A stretch of DNA of 63,999 bases, the filler included, from Octopus bimaculoides (lineage: Eukaryota), in assembly GCF_001194135.2 (NCBI RefSeq). It is 6 parts of 6 records of this genome, joined end to end, with 100 filler letters (N's around TTAATTAATTAA, not from the genome) between each part and the next. Parts side by side here need not be neighbours in the genome. Positions count along the whole stretch, not along the records: positions 1 to 10,570 come from NC_069008.1; positions 10,671 to 18,364 come from NC_068987.1; 4 more parts are not named here. The stretch is one strand, 5' to 3'. Within the stretch, counting starts at the first letter, position 1. Every line of letters begins with the position of its first letter. The position numbers were made by a program, and so were the translations under genes. Shown here piece by piece: positions 1-10,726 of the stretch. The notes beneath the pieces are model-generated. The model saw nothing but the letters and a program-made list of their open reading frames with translations, was not told the DNA's origin and searched no databases.

Positions 1-204
1 TGTCGACAGCTGGCGGGTTCCACCTCCAGCCGCCGACGCAAAACTTCTTTTTTGTTTTCCTTCTGTTTGAAGGCTTTTCACGGTAGAATTCGTAGGTTTT
101 GGCGATTCACCTTCAGAAGAATCTGAAACATCTCCAAATAATAAACTTTCAATATTTTTTCCATCGGTTGACTCTTCTCCAGACGAAGATACACTATTCG
201 GCAT
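1..204 (-). CDS. N-terminus of an ORF running off the window edge, probably LINE ORF1 (gag-like); 5' leader extends to about 400
   Basis: ATG at 204, 68 open codons to position 1: MPNSVSSSGEESTDGKNIESLLFGDVSDSSEGESPKPTNSTVKSLQTEGKQKRSFASAAGGGTRQLST. Acidic/Ser-rich start plus an RSFASAA motif, as in many non-LTR ORF1 proteins. Missing from the ORF track because there is no stop. Confidence 0.45.
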   Translation of the reverse strand, partial: MPNSVSSSGEESTDGKNIESLLFGDVSDSSEGESPKPTNSTVKSLQTEGKQKRSFASAAGGGTRQLST

Positions 205-409
205 CTTGCCAGCGGTTAATGTCTCCCCCACAGGGGAGAACACACGATAGTTTTCGAACGAAGACTATCACACAAATAATTATAACAGGAAATAACACAA
301 GAACAGTCAATAGAAACTTGCACTTACAATTCAAACGCACTCAAATAATTACTAATAGATACAAACTCACGGAGCCGCTACACCGCTAAGCACCTCAACC
401 GGTGTCACA

Positions 410-470
410 CAGACGAAATACCTATTTCTTTACTGCCCACAAGGGGCTACACACAGAGGGGACAAACAAG
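410..470 (-). mobile_element. SINE family B, 3' fragment
   Basis: Matches the tails of other B copies (e.g. 24960-25018). Confidence 0.75.
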
Positions 471-1220
471 CATTATACAGAGAGATAAAGAAGGAAAACA
501 TTACCATTAAGAAAGATCCCTCCCAAGAAGATCTACAATCATTCTGGTCGAAAATTTGGAACGAAAAGGTGGATTTCAAACTGAATGCATCATGGTTAAA
601 TACAACTGAGAGAGACTATTATACCAACACTATCAGTAAAACATACAACATTGATGCAGAAATCTTCGCTATAGCAGCAGGCAAACTGCAGAAATGGGAA
701 GGGACCTAATAGTTGGAGATTGGTAAAAGAAGCTGATATTTTATAGAAACCAATTGATATATATGTTCAAAAGGACTATGGAAGGTCAGACAGATATACT
801 AAATTGGTTTGCTACAGCAAGGACAAATCTTGTTGCCAAAAACGAAATCCCCGAGATGGCAGGAAACTACAGGCCCATTGCTTGCCTAAACATTAAGTAC
901 AAAGCGTAGAGACCTTGTGACAGTATGGCTTGATTATAGGAAGGCATTCAACTCTATGCCTCATTCATGGCTGTTGTAGTTCCTACATCTGGCAAAAGTA
1001 CCTACCATCCTAATTGCTGCTATAGAGAGGCTAACAAAGACACGGACAGCAATTCTCACCCTTCCAACTGAGAATAGAATAATTGTTTCAGATTCTATAA
1101 ACATTTCAAAGGGAATATTCCAGGGAGATAGTCTTTCTGGGATTCTTTTCATTTTGGCACTGTATCCATTATCGTCCCTACTGCAGAAAACAAATGGTTA
1201 CACGCTAGGATCTTCAACTG
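471..1220 (+). mobile_element. Degenerate non-LTR retrotransposon RT fragment (R4/Dong-like, RLE clade)
   Basis: Frame-shifted motifs FWSKIWNEK, NYRPIACLNIKYK and KGIFQGDSLSGILFILALYPLS. Confidence 0.8.
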
Positions 1221-1347
1221 CTAGAAATATCAATGTTACTCGTAATTTCTCTGCCGCCGGTGTTGTTGTTGATGGAGTTGGGGCTGCTGGCGTTGTTCCT
1301 GGTGCACCATCCTTCACCATCACCAGCGCCATAAACCGGCCTTTACT

Positions 1348-1550
1348 TGCTTCAGTCATTTGACAGCGGCCATGCTGGAGGACAGCCTTTAGTCAAATGA
1401 ATCGACCCGAAGACTTATTCTTTGTAAGCCTAATACTTATTCTGTCGGACATATTTGCCGAACCGTTATGTAAAAGGTACGTAAACACACCAACATCGGT
1501 TGTCAAGCGATGGTGGGTGGGTTGGTGGGGCAAAACAGACACTCAAGCCT
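1348..1550 (-). mobile_element. SINE family A, 3' part
   Basis: Homologous to the near-complete A copies at 51937-52305 and 59955-60335. Confidence 0.8.
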
Positions 1551-1644
1551 ATACATATATGTGTATATTTAATCCAAATAAAAAAAAAACGAAGAAAAAA
1601 CAACAATGTGAGGACGTGGTACATTCAGGGAAGGAATGAAAGGT

Positions 1645-1681
1645 TGTTTAACGTTTCGAGCAAAGCTCTTCTTCAGAAGCA
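1645..1681 (-). ncRNA. Minimal type I hammerhead ribozyme motif (PLE type)
   Basis: Minus strand reads UGCUU-CUGAAGA-A-GAGC(UUU)GCUC-GAAAC-GUU/AAACA. Core intact, stem I 4 of 5 pairs. Confidence 0.7.
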
Positions 1682-2087
1682 GGAGACAGAGGAAAGTCAA
1701 AGAGAAAAGAAAGATGGCAGAAATAAAAATCGCCAACAATCCACATGTAGTCACATTTTGAAATGACCGGAAGGGATTGAATGAAGAAAAAGTTCTTTCT
1801 ACGACAGGAGAGTGTCAGAGGAGGTACCTGTGTGTATGTGTATGTGCAAGCGCACGAGTGTGTGCAATAATATGTGTTAGTGTGTGTGTGTGTGTGTGTG
1901 TGTGTATGGTATTAACTTTTTATATGTGTATGTGTGAGTGATCTTTGTGTCTGTTAATGTTGTAGGAAGAATTCAGCAGGTATGATAACAGAAGTGGTGG
2001 TCTTTTGTGTAGTTGTGTGTTTCTTTACATGTGCGTGCATGGGGTGGTCAGTCTGAAGGGTGTGTATGCGTGTGTATGTATGTATAT

Positions 2088-2308
2088 ACGACGGGTTTCT
2101 TTCAGGCTCTGTCTACTAACATCGGTTGTCAAGCGATGGTGGGGGCACAAATGCAGACACACAAACTTATACATATATATACGATGGGCTTCTTTCAGTT
2201 TCCGTCTACCAAATCCACTCACAAGGCTTTGGTCGGCCAGAGGCTATAGCAGTAGACACTTGTCCAAGGTGCCACGGAGCCGTGTACTTGGGAAGCAAGC
2301 TTACCACA
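2088..2308 (-). mobile_element. SINE family A, interrupted by a Merlin element
   Basis: A-family sequence stops at TTACCACA (2301-2308), directly followed by a GG-initiated TIR. Confidence 0.85.
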
Positions 2309-3687
2309 GGTACTTTTTGGTTATCTCACTCTCATTAAAGAATTGCCATTAAAAAATGGGGTTATCTCCCATTTATAAAAACCATCACTTTTTCAAGTGA
2401 GCTTTATATATGTCTTATCTTATTTTTTCTTGAAATTAATTTACATTTAGGACATTTTAAGAACTAATATAAATACTATCTTCATAATATAAAACAAACA
2501 TCGCAATTTTTAAGATTTGTTGTAGAGTTAAATCTTAATAAATAATTTCTTTTTAAGAAAGCTTTTTCGAAGATAGTTCAGTCGGGAAGAGTCCATTTGC
2601 ACACACACACACACGCACGCGCACACTCACACTCACACACACACACGAATTTAAGCGGCCCACAAGCCAGACGGGGAAATATACGTGGATGTACCTTAAA
2701 CAGATGGTGGTGTAGACTTCGTGGATGCAGACAAGAAGAAGGAATAAGAACAGAACATTGGTTTGCTAATTCACGTTCATCTTTACGTAAAGCAGCACTT
2801 TTCAAATAATGCTGGACACACAACGTGACTAGTATCAAATTTTGTGAACGTGAGCTTGAAATGAAAGCCAGTTGCGTTGTTGACTGGAATAACCATTTGA
2901 GAGAAGTCTGTGCTGCACAGATTTTGGCTAACCCAAGAGTGATCGGAGGACCCAACATGACTGTTGAAATTGACGAAAGTATGTTCACTAACAGAAAAAA
3001 TTACGTCGGACGTCAACTACCTCAACAATGGATTCTTAGAAGTATTTGTAGAGAAACAAAAGAATGTTTCATGGTTATTATCTCTGACAGGTCTGCGACA
3101 ACACTTCTTCCAATAATAGAAGATAATATAAGACCATGTGTTGCCATCATAAGTGACGGATGGTCACCATATGAAAATATAATTAATATTGGTCATTTTC
3201 AACATCTCAATGTGAATCATTCTCTACACTATATTAATCCTACTAATGGAGTTCACACCCCAAATATTGAAAGACATTGGAAGAGTGCTAAAGAAAAAAA
3301 AAGACAAAAATGGCACTCACGGAGATCTACTGGATTCATCATATATGTGCGAGTTTATATGGCGACAAGAGATTGGATTAAACGGGTTGGATTAGATCCT
3401 TTTGATTCAATACTTCAACACATTGTTGACTTTTGGCTTCCTCAATAGGCATTCAATAAAGTATTTAATCTTTTTTTTCATATGATTTGTTATAAAAATA
3501 TTATAAGATCCAATACGATCTTTCATCTTTTCGCTTTTCATGTTCATTGTGTGTGTGCATAATATATAGATATATATTTATATATATATAAATCTACATA
3601 CATATACACATGTATTTACGTATACATTTTTATACATGCATGCATTTTTATTTAAGTGTGTGTATATTTGCCTATAAGGATGTTGAC

Positions 3688-3720
<33 letters not shown>

Positions 3721-3780
3721 GGTAAGCAGAGAATTTTGTCTCCAGATTTTATTATCTTGGGAGATTAAATACTGACCAGC
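2309..3780 (+). mobile_element. Merlin (IS1595/ISXO2-like) DNA transposon, left end plus transposase
   Basis: TIR GGTACTTTTTGGTTATC with repeated GGTTATCTCCC subterminal motifs, followed by a transposase. Right boundary uncertain. Confidence 0.8.
2650..3448 (+). pseudogene. Merlin DDE transposase (IS1595 family), slightly disrupted
   Basis: VEIDESMFTNRK..GR..QQW, DRSATTLLPII, IISDGWSPY, VNHSLHYINP..GVHTPNIERHW. One in-frame stop near 2807; the C-terminus looks frame-shifted. Confidence 0.88.
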
Positions 3781-3851
3781 TTTTCAACCTCGTCAATCAC
3801 CAACGCCGGCCTGTGTGTGTAAATATGTATGTATGTATGTATGTATGTATG

Positions 3852-3961
3852 CGGAGGCGCAATGGCCCAGTGGTTAGGGCAGCGGACTCGTGGTCATAGG
3901 ATCGCAGTTTCGATTCCCAGACCGGACGTTGTGAGTGTTTATTGAGCGAAAACACCTAAAG
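3852..3961 (+). mobile_element. SINE family C, tRNA-derived head (cut by gap)
   Basis: A box TGGCCCAGTGG and B box GTTTCGATTCC; same family as 26455-26850. Confidence 0.85.
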
Positions 3962-4472
3962 NNNNNNNNNNNNNNNNNNNNNNNNNNNNNNNNNNNNNNN
4001 NNNNNNNNNNNNNNNNNNNNNNNNNNNNNNNNNNNNNNNNNNNNNNNNNNNNNNNNNNNNNNNNNNNNNNNNNNNNNNNNNNNNNNNNNNNNNNNNNNNN
4101 NNNNNNNNNNNNNNNNNNNNNNNNNNNNNNNNNNNNNNNNNNNNNNNNNNNNNNNNNNNNNNNNNNNNNNNNNNNNNNNNNNNNNNNNNNNNNNNNNNNN
4201 NNNNNNNNNNNNNNNNNNNNNNNNNNNNNNNNNNNNNNNNNNNNNNNNNNNNNNNNNNNNNNNNNNNNNNNNNNNNNNNNNNNNNNNNNNNNNNNNNNNN
4301 NNNNNNNNNNNNNNNNNNNNNNNNNNNNNNNNNNNNNNNNNNNNNNNNNNNNNNNNNNNNNNNNNNNNNNNNNNNNNNNNNNNNNNNNNNNNNNNNNNTA
4401 TATATATATATATATATTCTACCTTGACTTTTTTTCCATATATATATAGGCTCAGGCGTGGCTGTGTGGTAA

Positions 4473-4682
4473 GGTACCTTTTGGTTATCCCACATTGAAA
4501 AATTACACTTAAAGAAATTGTGTTATCTCCCCACTAAAATCTTGGGTTATCTCCCATATATAAAAACCCAGACTTTATTATCAAAACTAATAAGTGATTT
4601 CCTCGCTTCTAATATTACATTTATTTCCTTCATATTCAATTGTGTGATTTTTTGGCATATATTAGGGCACTATTGAGGATCG
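4473..4682 (-). mobile_element. Merlin right end, inverted relative to the left end at 2309
   Basis: GGTACCTTTTGGTTATC TIR with the same subterminal motifs. It is flanked by the reverse complement of the 8-bp TSD (4465-4472) and the missing piece of the SINE-A. Confidence 0.75.
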
Positions 4683-5497
4683 TACGGTTAATCGAAGAGT
4701 AGTAGTCTATTATATCTATCTGTATGAATTTGTACTTGCTCTTGTTCTGTATGTTGGAGAACCAATTAATAGCTTCATAAGTGTTGGACTATAATTCCAG
4801 GGTTATTTTACTTTTCGCTTAAGGGTGTATTTATCGAGTATTAGTTTGCTTAATTTACATAGGTCTGATTTATTTGGGCATATTAATCTTACTTTAGCAT
4901 CGGTTAAGAAGTTAGATTTATGGTCTTTTATAGTGATGCGAGGTCTGGATGGCATGAAGGGTTCAGTTTTGTCCGCTAAGTTGTAGTCATTCATAATTTC
5001 CTTGGCTGCTAAGTTCATAGATCTTAAGGTGCTATCTGGTGCTAATTTATATCTTTTAGTGATTTCCTTATGTGGCAAATGGTGGTATAAGTTGACATCC
5101 AGGATGTAAGAATTCCTAGCTTTATCCGAGTGGACAATATTTCCGTTCTGTGATTTGAGCTTATATAGCAGGTCTTTTAGGTTCTTTTGGTAGCTGTTAT
5201 TCCTTAGTGGGTGTCACTTGAATTTTAGGCTTTTATTGTATCTCAAAGTTCATTTTCAAAGGCCTCTAGGTGGCTGTTTGGTGGGGGCGTTTTCCTAGTT
5301 TTCAATACTCCTTTGGTGAATTCGTTTTTGTTGTGATGGTTTTGTGACTCGGGTTTATCTTCCCTGTCATGATGTAAGGCTTTCCAGCGTAAGCGGTGGG
5401 TGAAGTCAGTTATTTTACTGATGACTTCTTTAAGATATGCATTTTTGGGTGGAATGGGTATATCTTTTAAAGAGGCTTCTGTTGTTATTTGTTCCAT
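4683..5497 (-). mobile_element. Penelope-like element reverse transcriptase, N-terminal part (frame-shifted, 3'-truncated)
   Basis: SLKDIPIPPK..RLRWKAL..PPP..LEAFENEL; HSDKARNSY; ITIKDHKSNF..VRLICPNKSDLCKLSKLILD; INWFSNIQNKSKYKFIQIDIIDYYSSI (RT motif A). Confidence 0.88.
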
Positions 5498-5830
5498 GTT
5501 GCCAGTGTGCAGTTAACTGATGCCGGCTAAAGTATCTTAGTCCGGAGGTTATATGTTGTGTAGGTATCAGTTAGAGGGGTTTAATACCTCTAACGCATCA
5601 TTAAATCCAGAGTCGCTCCTGGTTATTACGTGAGTAGGTACAATCTTTTGTAAGCTTGTACGATGGCAGGTGGTTCACATACATATAAGAGGAATGGCCA
5701 CTAAGTGGATTCCTAATATGCTAAATGTAGACCCCATATGGTCTGGCCACTAAGAAAAATTGTTCTCAGGAAAATTCGGCAAACGCCAGAACGTAAATGG
5801 AGCAAGACAAATGAAAAGATACAAAATATA

Positions 5831-5878
<48 letters not shown>

Positions 5879-5987
5879 TATATATATATATTCTTCCTCA
5901 GCGGAAGATTTATAATAATTAAAAAATAGAAGAGATATACACACATATATACATACATACACCCATCTGAATAAAAATTGCACGAAT

Positions 5988-6320
5988 GGCTGTGGTAAGA
6001 AGCTTGCTTCCCAATCGTCGCATGGTCCGATTGTCGCATCTTAAGCGAGTGTTTATTCACTTGTTTACTCACCTGGCTGACCAAAGCCGTGTGTGTTGGT
6101 TTAGTTGACGTGGAATGAAAGATGCCAGTCGTGTCTGTGTGTGTGTGTCTCACGACTACTTCACAACTGGTGTTGGTTTCTTTACGTACCTGTAACCTAG
6201 CGGTTCGGCAAAACGAACGATAGAATATGTACCAGGCTTTAAAAGATATAAGGATCGATTTGTTTGACTACATCCTTCAAGGTGGTCCCAACATGACCGC
6301 AGTCGAATGATTGAAAAAAA
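5988..6320 (+). mobile_element. SINE family A (diverged)
   Basis: Head GGCTGTGGTAAGAAGCTTGCTTCCC and A-family tail. Confidence 0.75.
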
Positions 6321-6331
6321 GTTGTAGCGTA

Positions 6332-6363
<32 letters not shown>

Positions 6364-6367
<4 letters not shown>

Positions 6368-7311
6368 ATATATACATGAGTGCGGACGTAGTGAATAACA
6401 GTTAGCCTTCGGTCGCATCTTTGGACCCTGTTGTGTCCACCACTCTAATTGGTAGGTATTGGCGCATTTTTGTCTCTTGTTTGATTTCGCGCCAGGGTGC
6501 AACCCAACCAATCGCAGCCTTCAGATAAGGTCGCGTGAGAGTCTTTCTGAACCCCTGTTTGAGCCGACAGGATATTATAAATAGCTAGCTTTTCACCGTC
6601 CCGTTTGTCAGTCGGCCTTAGACCTTCTGAGGTCTAGCCGCTGACCACAGAGCACACAGCCAGTAGCAGCGACGACACGACACAGCACATGGAGACTCGT
6701 CAACACTTCGTTCAACAGCTTACTGCAACTCCTTCTTCGTCGCCACCGCCAGTTTCTTACCTTCTACACCAACGTCTCTACGTACACACCACCAACAGCA
6801 CTCGCACAGGTTCTCTCAACACTGTTTTTTTAATTTAATTCAGCGAGTCCAACCTGCGAGACCTCCTATACCAAGTAACCAGCCGCAGCATTGAAGCCTC
6901 AACTTCTTGTGCGACGGTATTTCTTCTCGGCTCTGCCTTGCCGCCACAACTTCTTGTTACAGCACCTCAACTACTGTGTACCTTGAATACGAACTGGTAT
7001 TTTCCATCCTTGTGTCTGGACTTTCTCTCAACGTCCTTATAGACTCTTTTCTATGCTCTGTATTTCTCACACGCACATACATCCATGTTTGTATACACAT
7101 ACACTTTGTTTACATGACCGCCTGTCTATTATTATATTTATAAGTCACACTCACACACACAGACATACATGATGACATATCAATAAAACTTTCCCTTTGG
7201 CACTTATACTCATTTAACCTCTTTTCGTGTTTTTTTTTATTTATATCGACCATGCGATGTGCTAAAGGAGCCATTTCCTCGTCACCATCTCCTGGTCGCA
7301 CGGTCATTACA
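6364..7311 (+). mobile_element. Putative solo LTR 1
   Basis: TGTTA...TTACA termini, CCAAT at 6508, TATAAATA at 6576, AATAAA at 7182, GC-richer than flanks. No TSD found. Confidence 0.45.
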
Positions 7312-7312
7312 A

Positions 7313-7912
7313 TGTAAAAGATATATATAGGCATCTAGCTTGACCCTGCCTGAGATTTGAAACTAAATCCACCTGCTTGTTGCTTGTCAAAACGAGCGGG
7401 AAATCCTCTCCACATCAGATGATTGATGAGGAAACACTCGACCCCCTAGGACCTGTGCTGGTCACGGAAAGGTCAGTCCTTTTTTTAGGGTTTGACCTAC
7501 ATTACTGACCATAGTCTATATAACAGAGAATTCCTATCTCTTCCTATTTTGTGTCAGCCAGACCAACGAGCAACACGCTCTTATGTGTCAGCTATGACCA
7601 AGGAGCATTATGCTCTTTTGCGTCAGCCGAAAGACGTAAGATAGACGATGCCAACTCTATCCTTTCTAGTTGGCACCGTGCATTCCTTACTCTTTCACTC
7701 TCTACTGACAGACAACCTTTTTTTTCTTTTTACACTATAAAAAACTAACCAGCGAGGCAACCTTGTAGTCACTATCAGTGGAATTGCCACTGTACTGTCT
7801 CTTTATCTGTCAGGCAAACGAATAAACACATATAAATAATATTTCTCCCTTCTTGGTGTTGATTCTTCGATGTTCACTGGTTACTCCGACGCGAGAACCT
7901 TCATGCGTTACA
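7313..7912 (+). mobile_element. Putative solo LTR 2 (unrelated sequence)
   Basis: TGTAA...TTACA termini, TATATAA at about 7517, AATAAA at 7821. No TSD found. Confidence 0.5.
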
Positions 7913-8345
7913 TCTACACGCTACGTTTGGTAGTGGCCTACATCATATCGAATTGATATGGCACATCACATCCAGTCCGCTACATATATATAAATGCGAT
8001 CGAAGTCATTCGATCATTATCTTCCTGCATATGATTGGTTAATGAAGAACTTTGAAGGAATAATGTTAACAGTATTCAAAGCTTCGGTTAGAAAATTGGA
8101 TGAGAAACCAGGTACTTCACAACCAAATCGCAGAAATAACAAGTTCCGTGCATTATACGAATATTCAATAAAATTAATAGTTATAAACGGGATAGATAGA
8201 TGGATAGATTTTACTTTCTTTCTTTCTTTCAAAGAATACAGAGGCAGGTACATCATCAAATTTTTTCGTTAATCTTTACTGTTGGTCATACAGCATAATG
8301 AATTGGTTAAGATGACCGACACGTACTTTTGTTGCATAAAGTATG

Positions 8346-8880
8346 TGGCTGTGTGGTAAGAAGCTTGCCTCCCAACCACATGGTTCCGGGTTCAGTCTCA
8401 CTGCATGGCACCTTGAACACCAATCTTTTACAATAGACTCATATTAAATAAAACTTTGTGATTGAATTTGGCAGATGGAAACTGAAAGAAGTCCGTCGTG
8501 TACATATGTGTGTGTGTGTAGGGCGGCGAGTTGGCAGAAACGTTAGCACGCCGGGCGAAACGCGTATTTCTTTACGTACTGGGTTCGAATTCCGCCGAGG
8601 TCGACTTTGCCTTTCAATAAATTGAGTACCAGTTGTGTGCTGGGATCGATCTAATCGATTGCTCCCTTCCTCCAAAATTTCGGACCTTGTGCCTAGAGTA
8701 GAAATGGGTGTGTGTGCGTGACAGCAACGCTTGAAAACTGGTGTTGGTGTGCTTACGTCCCTGTAACTTAGCGTTTCGGCAACAGAGACCAACAAAATGA
8801 ATATCAGGCTTTAAAAAATGTACTGGGATTCATGCGTATAAAGATTTATGAAGGCCATGCTCCAGTATGGCCGTAATCAA
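8346..8880 (+). mobile_element. SINE A with a nested SINE B (about 8520-8705) in its central microsatellite
   Basis: A head, (TG)n, B copy, then the A 3' half resumes. Confidence 0.8.
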
Positions 8881-8924
8881 ATGCACCAAAGCACTGTAGA
8901 CAATTTCATTATATATATTATATG

Positions 8925-9095
8925 TGAAAGGCAGCGAGCTGGGCGAATGCTTAGCGGTATTTCGTCTGCTACTTCTTTCTGAGTTCAAATTCCGGCGATG
9001 TCGATAAATTAAGTACCACTTGAGTTCTGGGGTCGATTTAATTGACTTAACCCCCTCCCGCAAAATTTCAGGCCTTGTGGCTATAGTAGAAAAGA
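8925..9095 (+). mobile_element. SINE family B
   Basis: GGCAGCGAGCTGG head and GTCGATAAATTAAGTACCA core. Confidence 0.8.
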
Positions 9096-10049
9096 ATATA
9101 ATGTTTATACATACGCAAACATAAAAAGAACAACAAAAAACAATTACATTTTCCAAATTGTACAATTATTTCTACTGGGACAAATCTGGTCGTTACACCG
9201 GTCTCCTGTGAAGATAGAGCATGCGTAGCAATGTAAATACGTGACAACACATAAATATAAACATAAGATATATATATATATATATATATAGATATATATA
9301 TATATATATATATCTTGCCATATATATATATATACGGGGGAAAGATGTCGTCTTCCTCATTAAACACATACGTTGATAAATTGAATATTACATTTGATTG
9401 TAAACAAGGAGCTGTACGTAATGTCAGATTTAACTGTAAGTTACCGCCGTTCTCTTTTGTAACTGTGGACACGGGTTCATTTCCCACCTCCATATNNNNN
9501 NNNNNTATATATATATATATATATATATATATCTTGCCATATATATATATATACGGGGGAAAGATGTCGTCTTCCTCATTAAACACATACGTTGATAAAT
9601 TGAATATTACATTTGATTGTAAACAAGGAGCTGTACGTAATGTCAGATTTAACTGTAAGTTACCGCCGTTCTCTTTTGTAACTGTGGACACGGGTTCATT
9701 TCCCACCTCCATATCTGTTTGTGTGTGTGTGTGTGTTTATATATCAATATTTGGTTTTATATCGTGTTTTTGTTTTTTTTTTTGTTGGGCACAACGAGTA
9801 ATAGTTTCTCAACCACATGGTTCTAGATTCAGTCTCATTGCGTTTCACCCAAGCCAAGTGTTTTCTACTATAAGACTCAGACCGGCTAAAGCTTTGTGAG
9901 TGGATTTGGTGGGCGGAAACTGAAAGAAGCCCACCGTATATATATATGTATATATATATATATACATACGCGGTATATATATGGTAATTGTTCAGCTTAT
10001 ATAAAAGTAAATAAAGTTAAGGAGAGATAAGTAGTAAATGAAGTACTTT

Positions 10050-10435
10050 TTATACAGCATAAAGACTGGCGATGGCCACCTGAAAGTGAACAAATGTCTC
10101 TTCAGAGAAACTCATGCAGATATGAAATAAACAATTCGTCCGGTGTCCCAAACTGTCGTTTCAACTTCCGTTTCACCCGCATTCACATATTTTCCACATT
10201 TTATGCGTGGACGTCTTGATCATGAGGATGAACCAAATGTGGTCGGTGTATAATCACCTCGTGCGCGTAGGCACCACCACTGAGGATACTGATGTTATCA
10301 CATGCTCGCCATCCATCGCTGACTGTGTGAGACCCAGTCAAAATCCAACTTTGTTTCAGCTCAGTTAAAGTTTCTTCTGTGCGGTCAGGTATTTCGACCA
10401 AAAAGCACTTTCTTGAGACTCTCTCTATACCAATG
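10050..10435 (-). mobile_element. Second, divergent Merlin transposase fragment (C-terminal)
   Basis: GIERVSRKCFLVEIPDRTEETL..VSDGWRA..HEV..DVHA*NVENM*..KRKLKRQFG..SYLHEFL, with stops. Confidence 0.8.
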
Positions 10436-10514
10436 TCCCTTTGCTTCTTTAACTACTTGTCTCTCCCTTAATTTTTATTTACTTTTTTTATATATATAAC
10501 TAAACTGAACAATT

Positions 10515-10556
<42 letters not shown>

Positions 10557-10614
10557 TCGACTAAAACCCTNNNNNNNNNNNNNNNNNNNNNNNNNNNNNN
10601 NNNNNNNNNNNNNN

Positions 10615-10626
10615 TTAATTAATTAA
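10615..10626. other. Artificial scaffold-join spacer TTAATTAATTAA between N runs (also 18409-18420, 47453-47464, 52504-52515, 62824-62835)
   Basis: Identical 12-mer with stops in all six frames, always inside about 100 bp of N. Confidence 0.9.
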
Positions 10627-10693
10627 NNNNNNNNNNNNNNNNNNNNNNNNNNNNNNNNNNNNNNNNNNNNATATATATACGTGTGTGTGTATG

Positions 10694-10726
<33 letters not shown>

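Noticed and set aside
2825-3448. Bacterial IS1595 contamination
   Set aside because: Contiguous with SINEs and microsatellites; fits eukaryotic Merlin.
3852-3935. tRNA genes (also 26780-26850, 38470-38545)
   Set aside because: A and B boxes run on into SINE bodies; no full cloverleaf.
5758-5802. Hammerhead-like CTCAGGA..GGC-AAAC-GCC-AGAACGTA near the PLE RT
   Set aside because: Both core halves are altered and the spacing is wrong; not counted.
9300-9715. About 190-bp perfect direct repeat giving repeated ORFs 9068-9712 and 9315-9899
   Set aside because: Identical copies either side of a 10-N gap: unmerged contig overlap.
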